This document shows, piece after piece, positions 18,324-29,317 of a stretch of DNA of 64,000 nucleotides. Each line of letters begins with the position of its first letter. Positions within the stretch are counted from its first letter, which is position 1. The DNA lies in assembly GCF_030149425.1 (NCBI RefSeq), contig NZ_JASBRQ010000080.1:8455-72454 (forward strand). The letters run 5' to 3'. A program made the translations under genes and the position numbers. The notes under the pieces were generated by a model that worked only from the letters and a program-made list of their open reading frames with translations, did not search any database and had not been told where the DNA came from. Source of the DNA: Maricaulis sp. Lineage in GTDB: Bacteria; Pseudomonadota; Alphaproteobacteria; Caulobacterales; Maricaulaceae.

Positions 18324-18748
18324 TCGTCGCGGTGGACGCGTTCCTTGCGCTCGTGGCGCTCCTGCGCCTCGAGGCTGAGCGTGGCGACCGGGCGTGCATC
18401 GAGACGGGCCAGAGCGATCGGCTCTCCGGTCTCTTCGCAATAGCCGTAATCATCTTCCTCGATCCGGCGCAGCGCGCTCTCGATCTTGGAGATCAGCTTG
18501 CGCTGGCGATCACGGGCCCGGAGCTCGAGGGACCGGTCGGTCTCGGTCGAGGCACGATCGGCAAGATCGGGCAAAGCACCCATATCTTCCTGCAAATTGG
18601 AAATCGTGGATTTGCTTTCGCGGAGGATCTCTTCCTTCCAAGCGGTAAGCTTGCGCCGGAAGTACTCCTTATGGCGATCATTCATGAAAGGCTCGTCGTC
18701 AGACGGCATGTAGCCTTTCGGCAATTCGATACGATTTTCGTCGCTCAT
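18320..18748 (-). CDS. dksA: RNA polymerase-binding transcription factor DksA (degenerate Zn finger)
   Basis: DRASTETDRSLELRARDRQRKLI coiled-coil tip region with the DxxDxA-like motif, and a C-terminal YGYCEETGEPIALARLDARPVATLSLEAQ. ATG 18748 preferred over GTG 18766. Confidence 0.85.
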   Translation of the reverse strand: MSDENRIELPKGYMPSDDEPFMNDRHKEYFRRKLTAWKEEILRESKSTISNLQEDMGALPDLADRASTETDRSLELRARDRQRKLISKIESALRRIEEDDYGYCEETGEPIALARLDARPVATLSLEAQERHERKERVHRDD

Positions 18749-18921
18749 CGCTTTCTTCTCAATCACCCGCGGACAGCCGCACTCCCCCGAAAGCGGAGCG
18801 GAGCATATTCACCCGCAGGCCGCTGTCAACGCGCAGGCGCCGTTAGGGTTGCCAGAACCCAGCATCATCTCGGATTTATTCACAGAATTAGCGGTTGCCG
18901 TAAGCAACTCGCACTCGCCTG

Positions 18922-19332
18922 CTAGCCGAATTTGGCCAGTTCTACCGCCGCGCGAGTCTCAACTTCGTCGAGCGCGGCCTCCAGGCGGGCGTCATTGGTG
19001 GCATCGCGGCGTGATTGCAGCAATTGCATCAGGGCTTCCAGCTTGGCCTTGGGCAGACCGCCTTCAAGCAGCGCGACCTTGAGCTCATCAAGAACGTCGA
19101 GCATGTCGAAAGCCCGGTCCGTGGCCTGTTTGCGGGCCTCGGTGAAATCACCGACCGATTGCAGCGCCAGGATTGCGTCAACGCCCTGGATCGAAGACGC
19201 GGCGCTGGCGCCCATAGCCGATCCGGTCGTTGCCATTTGCTCCGGAGTAAAGGTTTCGCCAGCCGAGCGTGTTGCGCCCTTACGCTTGGCGGAAGAGACG
19301 GAGCTGGTAGCGTTGGGACCGGTAATTTTCAT
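18922..19332 (-). CDS. fliX: Flagellar assembly regulator FliX
   Basis: 136 aa with a Ser/Gly/Ala-rich N-terminus and a helical C-terminus. Divergently oriented from flgI, as in Caulobacter. The call rests on context plus general resemblance. Confidence 0.65.
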   Translation of the reverse strand: MKITGPNATSSVSSAKRKGATRSAGETFTPEQMATTGSAMGASAASSIQGVDAILALQSVGDFTEARKQATDRAFDMLDVLDELKVALLEGGLPKAKLEALMQLLQSRRDATNDARLEAALDEVETRAAVELAKFG

Positions 19333-19390
19333 CGCAGAATCACATCCTGACTTGAATGGTTAAGGCATGCGCCCTCGCCATTAACAGAGG

Positions 19391-19405
19391 CTTAACTCTA
19401 CCCTT
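19391..19405. promoter_or_regulatory. Candidate CtrA box (TTAA-N7-TTAA) upstream of fliX
   Basis: Exact TTAAcagaggcTTAA, 59 nt upstream of the fliX start on the minus strand. Confidence 0.5.
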
Positions 19406-19529
19406 TTGCTGGGAAATTTCTACCGGGCAGCCCTGCCGCAGGGGAGATTCTGCCGCTGGGAAGCCACTGAATTGACCTCCTAACTTACTGTTTTCATGCA
19501 GATTTAATTATGAACACCGGCGCGCATTC

Positions 19530-19545
19530 TGGCACGCTTCTGGCA
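19530..19545 (+). promoter_or_regulatory. Sigma54 (-24/-12) promoter of flgI operon
   Basis: TGGCACGcttcTGGCA at canonical spacing, 33 nt upstream of the flgI ATG. Confidence 0.5.
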
Positions 19546-19577
19546 ACGGGTCTGGCGAAGTTTCGGAGACCCGCAAA

Positions 19578-20693
19578 ATGCGCCATATCCTCATCGCCAT
19601 CGCCGCCCTCGTTTTCGCTGCCCCTGCTTTCGCCAATTCGCGGATCAAGGACATGGTCGATGTCGAGGATGTCCGCGACAACCACCTGGTGGGTTACGGC
19701 CTCGTGGTCGGCCTCGACGGCACCGGCGATAGTCTCCGCAATGCGAGCTTCACCAATCAGTCGCTCAACGCGATGCTGGAGCAGTTCAACGTCAATACCC
19801 GAGATGCCAATCTCAATACCCGGAACGTCGCTGCGGTCATGGTGACAGCCTCCCTGCCCGCCTTCTCCTCCCAGGGCAGCCGGATCGATGTCACGGTCTC
19901 TGCCATCGGCGACGCGTCTTCGCTGCAGGGCGGTACGCTGGTCGCCACACCGCTGTTTGACAGCCTCGGCCGCGCTTGGGCGGTATCCCAGGGTACGTTG
20001 ACGGTTGGCGGCTTCCAGGCCCAGGGCGATGGCGCCTCTATCACCCGCGGCGTGCCGACCTCAGGCCGGATCGCCAATGGCGCACTGGTTGAAAACCCGT
20101 TCGCCGGCTCCGGCATTGATCCGTGGGCCGAGATCGCCAACCGCACCGCCCTGCGCCTGTCTCTGCGCAACCCCGACTTCACCACCGCTCGCCGCATGGC
20201 TGATGCGATCAATGCCTATATCGGCGGCAATACGGCCCGCGCCATCGACCCGGGTACGGTCGAACTGCGCCGCCCGACGAGCTTTGGCGGTGACATGATC
20301 GACCTGTTGGCCGAGGTCGAGCAGCTGCGCGTTGAAGCCGATCTGCCGGCCCGCGTCATCATCGACGAAAACACCGGCACCATCGTCATGGGCCAGAATG
20401 TCCGCGTATCCACGGTCGCGATCGCCCAGGGCAATCTGACCATCACCATTACCGAGACGCCGATCGCCAGCCAACCCAACCCGTTCGGCAATGGTGAGAC
20501 AGAAGTGCTCGAGCGCACGGATATTCAGGTCACCGAAGACAATATGCAGCTGGGCATCCTGGAAGGCTCTGTTTCCCTGGCCGAACTGGTCGACGGGCTC
20601 AATGCGCTCGGCGTCACGCCGCGCGACCTGATCACCATCCTGCAGGCCATCAAGGCCGCCGGCGCGCTGCAAGCCGATATCGAGGTGCTGTAA
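19578..20693 (+). CDS. flgI: Flagellar P-ring protein FlgI
   Basis: 371 aa with a signal peptide, then SRIKDMVDVEDVRDNHLVGYGLVVGLDGTGD, and C-terminal LNALGVTPRDLITILQAIKAAGALQADIEVL. Confidence 0.95.
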   Translation: MRHILIAIAALVFAAPAFANSRIKDMVDVEDVRDNHLVGYGLVVGLDGTGDSLRNASFTNQSLNAMLEQFNVNTRDANLNTRNVAAVMVTASLPAFSSQGSRIDVTVSAIGDASSLQGGTLVATPLFDSLGRAWAVSQGTLTVGGFQAQGDGASITRGVPTSGRIANGALVENPFAGSGIDPWAEIANRTALRLSLRNPDFTTARRMADAINAYIGGNTARAIDPGTVELRRPTSFGGDMIDLLAEVEQLRVEADLPARVIIDENTGTIVMGQNVRVSTVAIAQGNLTITITETPIASQPNPFGNGETEVLERTDIQVTEDNMQLGILEGSVSLAELVDGLNALGVTPRDLITILQAIKAAGALQADIEVL

Positions 20694-21025
20694 TGGACAA
20701 CCTCCTTAGCATGCAGATGAACCAGGCTCTGGTCGCGGCCCAGGGCCGTGGTCAGGACGGTCCCGATGTCTCCGGGGTACGCACCGAAGAACAGGCGCGC
20801 GCAGTCGCTGAGGAGTTTGAAGGCTTCTTCATCGGGCAAATGCTCGAAGCCATGTTCAAGGGTGTCGGAGAAGAAAATCCGTTTGGCGGCGGCTCGGGCG
20901 AGAAAGCCTTTCGCGGCCTGCTGCACGAGGAATACGCAAAAGTCATGGCCGAGTCCGGAGGGATTGGACTGAGCGACAAGCTGACGGCCGAGATCCTGCG
21001 CCTGCAGGAAGCTGGAGGGATTTAA
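20693..21025 (+). CDS. Rod-binding protein (FlgJ N-terminal-like / CheL-type)
   Basis: 110 aa. AEEFEGFFIGQMLEAMFKG rod-binding domain motif. ATG overlaps the flgI stop. Confidence 0.8.
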   Translation: MDNLLSMQMNQALVAAQGRGQDGPDVSGVRTEEQARAVAEEFEGFFIGQMLEAMFKGVGEENPFGGGSGEKAFRGLLHEEYAKVMAESGGIGLSDKLTAEILRLQEAGGI

Positions 21026-21027
21026 GC

Positions 21028-21477
21028 ATGACTGAACTTGCCGCCCGCAATGGTGCGGAACGCGCCCAAGCCCTGTTGAAACTGACCCAGCGGCTGACCG
21101 ACCTCATCCGCCAGGAAACCTCACTCTTCAAGGACCGGCGCCCGCACGACGCCCTGCCACTGCAGGACGAGAAGTCGAAACTGGCAAATATTTATCGCAC
21201 GGAAGTCTCTCGCGCGCGTCAGGAACCCTCGCGTTTTGCCGGGGCTCCGACGACGATCAAGTCCTCCCTGCGCCAGGCTACCGAGCTGTTTCACAAAGCC
21301 CTGGCCGAGAACGGACATACCGTTGCCGCGATGAAGGAGATCACCGAAGGCGTGGTCAAGGCCATCGCCGACGAAGCCTCCCGCCAGAAAACCGCCGGCG
21401 GTGCCTATGGCCCCGGTGCGACGCAACAGGCGAACGCGCCAAGCGGTATGAACCTGGCGATCAATCAGACAATCTGA
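21028..21477 (+). CDS. flbY: Flagellar protein FlbY-like
   Basis: 149-aa helical protein in the third position of a flgI / rod-binding operon, matching the Caulobacter flgI-cheL-flbY order. Context-based call. Confidence 0.5.
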   Translation: MTELAARNGAERAQALLKLTQRLTDLIRQETSLFKDRRPHDALPLQDEKSKLANIYRTEVSRARQEPSRFAGAPTTIKSSLRQATELFHKALAENGHTVAAMKEITEGVVKAIADEASRQKTAGGAYGPGATQQANAPSGMNLAINQTI

Positions 21478-21499
21478 TCCCGGCGGCATGACCAGTAAG

Positions 21500-21530
21500 A
21501 AAAAAGGGGCGCCAATCTGGCGCCCCTTTT
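21500..21530. terminator. Bidirectional rho-independent terminator
   Basis: aaaaaa-GGGGCGCC-aatct-GGCGCCCC-tttt between convergent flbY and the autotransporter gene. Confidence 0.85.
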
Positions 21531-21556
21531 CTCTTTCAGTCATGGCTTTGTGCCGG

Positions 21557-23368
21557 TCAGAAGCTCTTGACCCAGCCGAGTTGCGCGATGAAGCCATCGC
21601 TGGCATCGGCGAACCGGCCACGCAGCGAGAAGGACAGCTCCGACCCGCCCTGCATCTCGCGCGTAAAGTCGCCACCCAGCTCGACAAAATTGTCGTCCGC
21701 GACCCCGAAGGCAGCCGAAGAGACGTCGACACCGTTGAGGAGGACCTCCAGCTCACGATCGCCGTCCAGCTCGTGGACATAACGGCCGTTGAGCTCCAGA
21801 GCAGCAGAATCACCCAGCTCGAGACGGGTCCGCGCACCGGCACCAATCTCGGTCGAGTCGAACTCGAACTCACCGCCCTCAACCGTCAGCAAGGGGCCGT
21901 TCTCGGTAAAGTCCTTGAAGGTGTAGGTTGTCGTCCGGGCATTCAGGAAAAGTTCCAGATCGGTACCGGCCGCATCGACCCCGGTGCCGAACTCGGCAGC
22001 AAAGCTCTTGAAGTCGACCGTCGCATCAGACGTCACAGAGGCGCGCGGCGCAAAGCCGGTTGCGCGATCACCGTCGAAATCAAAACTCCCCAGCGTCGCG
22101 CCGATCATGGCGTAATAGCCATCACCATTGAGACCGGCATAGCCGGCCACGGAATTCTGATCGAACTCCGTGCTGCCCGAGAGCGCACCGTCAATACCGG
22201 CGGTTCCGTTCATACCGCCGAACTGCAGTCCGAAGAAGGCGTTATCATTGACCGTACCGGCAAAGCCCAGGGTCAGGCCGGAGCCATCCCAATTGGTGCC
22301 GGGACGCCCCATCGCGGCGTCGGAACCACCATCGACATAGGCGCCGCCGAGATAGAAACCGGACGCATCACGCCGGACACGCGCCGCATCGAAATCAGCC
22401 GCCAAGGACTGGCTGGCAACCTCATGGGCCACCTGCGTCACGCCCCCGACAGCGGTCGCGGCGTAATCGGCACTCATACCCGTGGCGACCACATAATTGG
22501 CAAGCAACTGGTGCACGCCAGCGGTCGGGTGGATGCCGTCATAGTCCGCCCAGTCAGCGGGGCAGGCATTGAGGAGGAGGCCCTGGCTCAAACAATCCGT
22601 CACGACTTCGGAAAAGCCGTAATCTCCCGGATTGGCGCGGACGTCGCTGAAGACCGCCGCGATATCGATATAAAGAATATCAACACCGGCAGCGGCCGAG
22701 ACCGAGCGATCAACCTCGCGCAATCCGTCATTGAATGCGCGGGAGGCATTGTTGATGGCGACCGCCAGACCACCGGTCTGGTCGGTGGCTTCGCCAAGAA
22801 GCGGAAGATTGAACAGCAAGAAGCGCTGCGCACCGGCACCCGCCAGCGTTTGCAACGTCGTGGAGACATCAGCGACGCCGGCCGCGATGTCCGGCAAGCC
22901 GCCAGTGCCCAATGCTGACAGGAAATTGTTCCCGCCGATCCAGACGGCAAACACATCGTCTGCTGTGGGTGCGCTGACGGAACCAGCACCGACATAGCTG
23001 GCAAAGGCGCCCGCCTGCTCGACCGAGCCAGGCAGGAACACGCCCGGCGCGGTTTCAAACGCCGTGGTGCGGGCCCCGCCATGGGCAAAGTTGATGCCCG
23101 ACGATGTATCGCCGAGCGGTCCGGCGAGGAACGGGCTGAGCGCCAGATCCGTCCGGAAGTATTCATGCCAGACCGGGCCGTTTGAGAAACGCCCGTTGAA
23201 ATAGACCGGCGCGCCGCCGGTTCCCGTCGCGGTGAAAATATTCGCCGTATCCGACAAGCTGTCGCCAAAAACGAAGAAACGACCTGTGTCCAGATCCCAG
23301 GTTTGCGCCTGCGCAGGCGCGGCGCTCAGCGCACATAGACCAACCGTGGCCAATAGCAGTTTTTTCAT
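21557..23368 (-). CDS. Autotransporter with SGNH/GDSL lipase-esterase passenger domain (EstA-like)
   Basis: 603 aa with a signal peptide and an FVFGDSLSDTANIF GDSL block. C-terminal beta-barrel with alternating residues, ending in ...LGWVKSF. Confidence 0.85.
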   Translation of the reverse strand: MKKLLLATVGLCALSAAPAQAQTWDLDTGRFFVFGDSLSDTANIFTATGTGGAPVYFNGRFSNGPVWHEYFRTDLALSPFLAGPLGDTSSGINFAHGGARTTAFETAPGVFLPGSVEQAGAFASYVGAGSVSAPTADDVFAVWIGGNNFLSALGTGGLPDIAAGVADVSTTLQTLAGAGAQRFLLFNLPLLGEATDQTGGLAVAINNASRAFNDGLREVDRSVSAAAGVDILYIDIAAVFSDVRANPGDYGFSEVVTDCLSQGLLLNACPADWADYDGIHPTAGVHQLLANYVVATGMSADYAATAVGGVTQVAHEVASQSLAADFDAARVRRDASGFYLGGAYVDGGSDAAMGRPGTNWDGSGLTLGFAGTVNDNAFFGLQFGGMNGTAGIDGALSGSTEFDQNSVAGYAGLNGDGYYAMIGATLGSFDFDGDRATGFAPRASVTSDATVDFKSFAAEFGTGVDAAGTDLELFLNARTTTYTFKDFTENGPLLTVEGGEFEFDSTEIGAGARTRLELGDSAALELNGRYVHELDGDRELEVLLNGVDVSSAAFGVADDNFVELGGDFTREMQGGSELSFSLRGRFADASDGFIAQLGWVKSF

Positions 23369-23494
23369 GATCTCCCCTCACTCACGCTATTGTTGTGAGG
23401 GAGACGCTAGGGTGTGCCCCCTAACTGTCAAGCCGGCTTAATATGTTCAGACAATTGTTGCCTGCAAAAACCACCGACATCGAGCACGGCACAA

Positions 23495-26251
23495 CTAGAA
23501 GAATGCCGTCGCATTACTCGCCGGACCGGCATTCAATCGCGCCAGGCCCGCTTGGTAATTAGCAAGCTGCGCATTGTAATAGGCTGGCACGGATCCGCCG
23601 CCGCGGCCGGCCCGCGGCCCTTGGAGCAATTCTTTCAGGGCCGGGTCCATGGTAATGTCGCGATAAGCCCGCTGGATGATCGACATCGCCTGTTGCAGAC
23701 TCTCCTGCGCAGCGGCGGCGAGGTCCTTGTCGGCAATGGAAATCTCGTTGGGCAGATCCATCGCAAACAGCGGCGGACCGTCCACGCTCTTATCATCCTT
23801 GTCCAGCAGCGACCCTGTATTGACGATCGCGCCGGGCTTCATGCCCAAGGATTTGAGCAGGTCCCGGCCATCAGCCCCGGCGAAGACCTCAATCGTCTTG
23901 TCCTCGGCCGCCTTGATACGCAGGCGGTCGCCCTCGCTCGAACGACGCACATCTGCCGTTCCATCGAGCACTAGAGCCGCGTTGATCTTGAAGGTCACCG
24001 ACCGGATTGTGTCATTGCTATCGAGCGTGATCTTCTTGCGCCGGCCGCCATCGACGGACAGGTAGAAATGATCACCCTCGCGCGCCGAGCTGCGGTCTGT
24101 CACAACCCGGCTATCGGTATAGGTCAGTGAGCCCGATGGCAGGCCCAGCGCATCCAGCACGCTGTCATCCTGCGAGCTGACGACAACGCCCTTGGCCTCA
24201 GCCAGCCCACCTCGGCCTGAAATCTGCGTCGACCAATCGACGGCGCCAGTGCCCGCATCCAGCTGGGCCACAAAGGCATCGCGCTCTCCGACCTGGGTAT
24301 TGCCCCCGATTGCACCGGACGTCTTGCCGGCGAGGAAAACCTTGCCACTGTCGATCGCGATGGCATTGCCGGTATCGTCATCATCGGATCCGACAAAGGT
24401 GGTGTAGTCGACCGTCGCGCTCGCACCATCCGTCAGCTTGACGAGGAAGGCATCGCGAACACCGCCATTATGAGCGGCCAAAGGTGCCGTCGGCGCAAAT
24501 CCGCTTCCCGCAGCGCCGGTCAGATAAATATCGGTTCCGTCGACAGCGACCTGGCCGACCTTGCCATCCTCAAGCGCACCAAGCGTCTGTTCCCAGACCG
24601 CAGCGCTGGTCCCGTCCGCTGCCGCGAACTTGCGCACGACAGCATTGCCATCTTCCGATCCGGCAACGATCAGGTCGCCATCACTGGCGATGCTCAGCGT
24701 ATCAATCGTTTCATCGCCGGCAGCGCCGACGCGGCGGGTGTATAAGGTGTCACCGTTCTGATCGAGCGCCCGGACAAACCCGTCTGACAGGCCACCGGCG
24801 TGTACTTCATTGCCAAAGGCGGAATTGGACTTGCCAGCCACATAGACGGTGCCATCTGCAGCGACGGCGACTGACCTGGCGCTGTCATCACCGGTTCCAC
24901 CGAAGCGCTTCACCCACTGCTCGACCCCGTCAGCATTGAATTTCGCGACCAGCGCATCTGTACCGCCAACATCCAGAGTATCGCCCAGATCGCCCTTGAC
25001 CTCACCGGCGACGACCACATCGCCACTGGCATTGACCGCGATCGAAACGCCCTTGGCTTCCTCAGCCGCGCCGAGCACCCGGCTCCAGACGCGGTTACCA
25101 AGACTGTCATACTTGGCCAGGACCAGATCTTCGCTGCCCTTCAGGAGCTGCCCGTCGACACTGCTTGTGGTTTGACCCACGACATAGATACCGCCATCAG
25201 CCGCATTGGCGCTGGCCTGAATTTCCAGCGGGTTATCTTCAGCCTTCTGGCGCGTTTTGCCGTCTTCCGAGCCCACCACCTCAACCTCGGTAATGGTGGG
25301 GTCTGCGCTGAACCGCGTCGACACCTCGGCTGTCGGAGACCCCGATGCGATATCGGTCAGCTTGACGATCTGCCCGCCGGCGGTCTGGTTGATGCCGGAC
25401 ACACCCGCGAAATAGACAGCCGGCTGTGCGGCCGCCGCACTAAAGGCGATCCGTTCGGTGGAGGCACCTTTGACCAGGAAGCCGAAATTATCCCCCTGGA
25501 CAACACCGTTCTCATCTTCCTCGCCAATCTTGGTGCGCTCGAAGCGGGTAATCATACCGGCCGCTTCAAGCTGGGTGTTGATGTGATCGGCGATGTTATC
25601 GAGATTTCGCGTCGTCGCGCCCATATCGGCGAGGTCGATGTTCACATCGGTGGTGATGCCGCTCTTGGTGACCGAGACAGTGAAGCGGACATCCCCGGTC
25701 AGGCTTGCGACCTCGGCGTCGAACGCGCCGCTGTGGATGGTGGCGGTGGTGAATTGGGACAGTCCGCGCGACACCGCGACATCGCTCTCCATCTTGGACA
25801 GCTCCTCCCCTTTGAGGAGGTTCACCTCGGTCAGGTTCATCCCATCGAAATAGCTATCGAGATCGGCAAGGCCGCTGACAAAGCGCTTCTCGAGGAAATC
25901 CCGGCGCGTACTGTTGGTGGTCTTGTCGGCTGCCTCTTCCGCCAAGGCGGTCAGGCGCTTCAATCCCTGATGCAGTGAGAACAAGGCCTTGTGGTCCTTG
26001 GGCGCATCGAGATCAGAGAATTCACGCTCCGGATCGCGGAAAAAAACGCCGTCCGCGAGCACCTTCCGGCGCAGCTCCTCCAGACTGGTTACGTCGCCGC
26101 GGATATCCCAGGGCGGGGTAATCTCAGCGGCGCTGTTCCGGCTGGCGGAGGACGGCAAATTGGACAGAGCGGAGTTAGAGGCCACAGACGCGCTGATGCG
26201 CGAGTTGAACCAACTCGTCAGTACGCCAGCATTGAGCCCGATAACGGTCAC
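23495..26251 (-). CDS. Large beta-propeller (SBBP-like repeat) protein without signal peptide; possibly FlaEY-like flagellar regulatory or structural protein
   Basis: 918-aa ORF. Recurrent ...A.GVAV..DG.VYVAG...G.FG-type blades (for example ARSVAVAADGTVYVAGKSNSAFG). Ser/Asn-rich N-terminus and a helical C-terminus. Lies between flagellar and pse genes. The function assignment is from memory of the Caulobacter flaEY context only. Confidence 0.6.
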   Translation of the reverse strand: MTVIGLNAGVLTSWFNSRISASVASNSALSNLPSSASRNSAAEITPPWDIRGDVTSLEELRRKVLADGVFFRDPEREFSDLDAPKDHKALFSLHQGLKRLTALAEEAADKTTNSTRRDFLEKRFVSGLADLDSYFDGMNLTEVNLLKGEELSKMESDVAVSRGLSQFTTATIHSGAFDAEVASLTGDVRFTVSVTKSGITTDVNIDLADMGATTRNLDNIADHINTQLEAAGMITRFERTKIGEEDENGVVQGDNFGFLVKGASTERIAFSAAAAQPAVYFAGVSGINQTAGGQIVKLTDIASGSPTAEVSTRFSADPTITEVEVVGSEDGKTRQKAEDNPLEIQASANAADGGIYVVGQTTSSVDGQLLKGSEDLVLAKYDSLGNRVWSRVLGAAEEAKGVSIAVNASGDVVVAGEVKGDLGDTLDVGGTDALVAKFNADGVEQWVKRFGGTGDDSARSVAVAADGTVYVAGKSNSAFGNEVHAGGLSDGFVRALDQNGDTLYTRRVGAAGDETIDTLSIASDGDLIVAGSEDGNAVVRKFAAADGTSAAVWEQTLGALEDGKVGQVAVDGTDIYLTGAAGSGFAPTAPLAAHNGGVRDAFLVKLTDGASATVDYTTFVGSDDDDTGNAIAIDSGKVFLAGKTSGAIGGNTQVGERDAFVAQLDAGTGAVDWSTQISGRGGLAEAKGVVVSSQDDSVLDALGLPSGSLTYTDSRVVTDRSSAREGDHFYLSVDGGRRKKITLDSNDTIRSVTFKINAALVLDGTADVRRSSEGDRLRIKAAEDKTIEVFAGADGRDLLKSLGMKPGAIVNTGSLLDKDDKSVDGPPLFAMDLPNEISIADKDLAAAAQESLQQAMSIIQRAYRDITMDPALKELLQGPRAGRGGGSVPAYYNAQLANYQAGLARLNAGPASNATAFF

Positions 26252-26333
26252 GGCACACCTGTCTTTCCTACCGACTCACAAGTGTGACGCCGGAACGCAA
26301 AGAAAGGGTTTCCAAACGGGGTTAACAGCCAGC

Positions 26334-27119
26334 TCAGGCGGCGATCTTCAAAGACGCCACAGCGCTTTCGATATCGGCGCGCAGATGCTCGACCGGATTG
26401 GCCTCACCGACCACGTCGGACCGCTCGCCGACCAGGTCCGGCCGGCGCAGGCACAAGGCGGCGATTTCAGCGGCCGACGCCTCGCCGGCGCCTTCACCGA
26501 GCTCATTGAACAGCATGCGGGCGAATTGCAGTTCATCGGTATTGGTCACTGACCAGTTGAGGCTTTCCAGCCCACCGCCGGGGCCGCGCAGATTAGCCTT
26601 TTGCAGATAGACATGCTCGCGCATCCACAAGGTCGCGTCCTCGCGGGCATAGTCTTCACGGGCAATGCGATCCGCTTCGGCCGCAAGAACCGCCGGGAAG
26701 ACCTCGCACTCCAGGCCCTGGGGGAAAAGCGCTGGCATATTGTTGCAGGCATAATCCGCCCGTGCCGTCTTGTAGAGTTCAAGAACCTTGGCGCAGATCG
26801 CGGGATCGACAAAGGGCGATGCGGCACTGACCAGGACGACCGTCTCGACGCCATAGTCCTGGACCGCATGGGTCAGGTCTGCGAGCGGGTCGCTGTCCGG
26901 CCCCACAGAAAGCAGATGTCCGTTGCGCAGGATTTCCAACGCCAGCTGGGTCTCGACCTCGCTCTCTGGGATGGTGCAGATGACCTGGTCAACACCGGCG
27001 ATCCGGGCACATCGGTCAAGCACGCGGATAAGCGCCGATTTCGACCCAAGCGGCTGCAAGATCAGATCTTTATCCTGGAACTGGGCGGAACGCGCTTGGA
27101 CGATTGCGGCGGTAGTCAT
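26334..27119 (-). CDS. Cytidylyltransferase-like paralogue with degenerate catalytic motifs (FlmC/SpsF-like)
   Basis: 261 aa from ATG 27119. Clearly alignable with the 37023..37796 product (shared VLDRCARI, ADY.NN..P.LFP.GL.CEVF) but lacks its GSSRLPGK, SDCPFLDP and EHVTPW strings. The ORF-track N-terminal extension to 27659 was rejected. Confidence 0.7.
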   Translation of the reverse strand: MTTAAIVQARSAQFQDKDLILQPLGSKSALIRVLDRCARIAGVDQVICTIPESEVETQLALEILRNGHLLSVGPDSDPLADLTHAVQDYGVETVVLVSAASPFVDPAICAKVLELYKTARADYACNNMPALFPQGLECEVFPAVLAAEADRIAREDYAREDATLWMREHVYLQKANLRGPGGGLESLNWSVTNTDELQFARMLFNELGEGAGEASAAEIAALCLRRPDLVGERSDVVGEANPVEHLRADIESAVASLKIAA

Positions 27120-27179
27120 GACCGGGCCTCGGGTTGGGGAGTTAATTGTTATAGATTGACGATGCGCCCCGGTTCCTAA

Positions 27180-29313
<2,134 letters not shown>

Positions 29314-29317
<4 letters not shown>

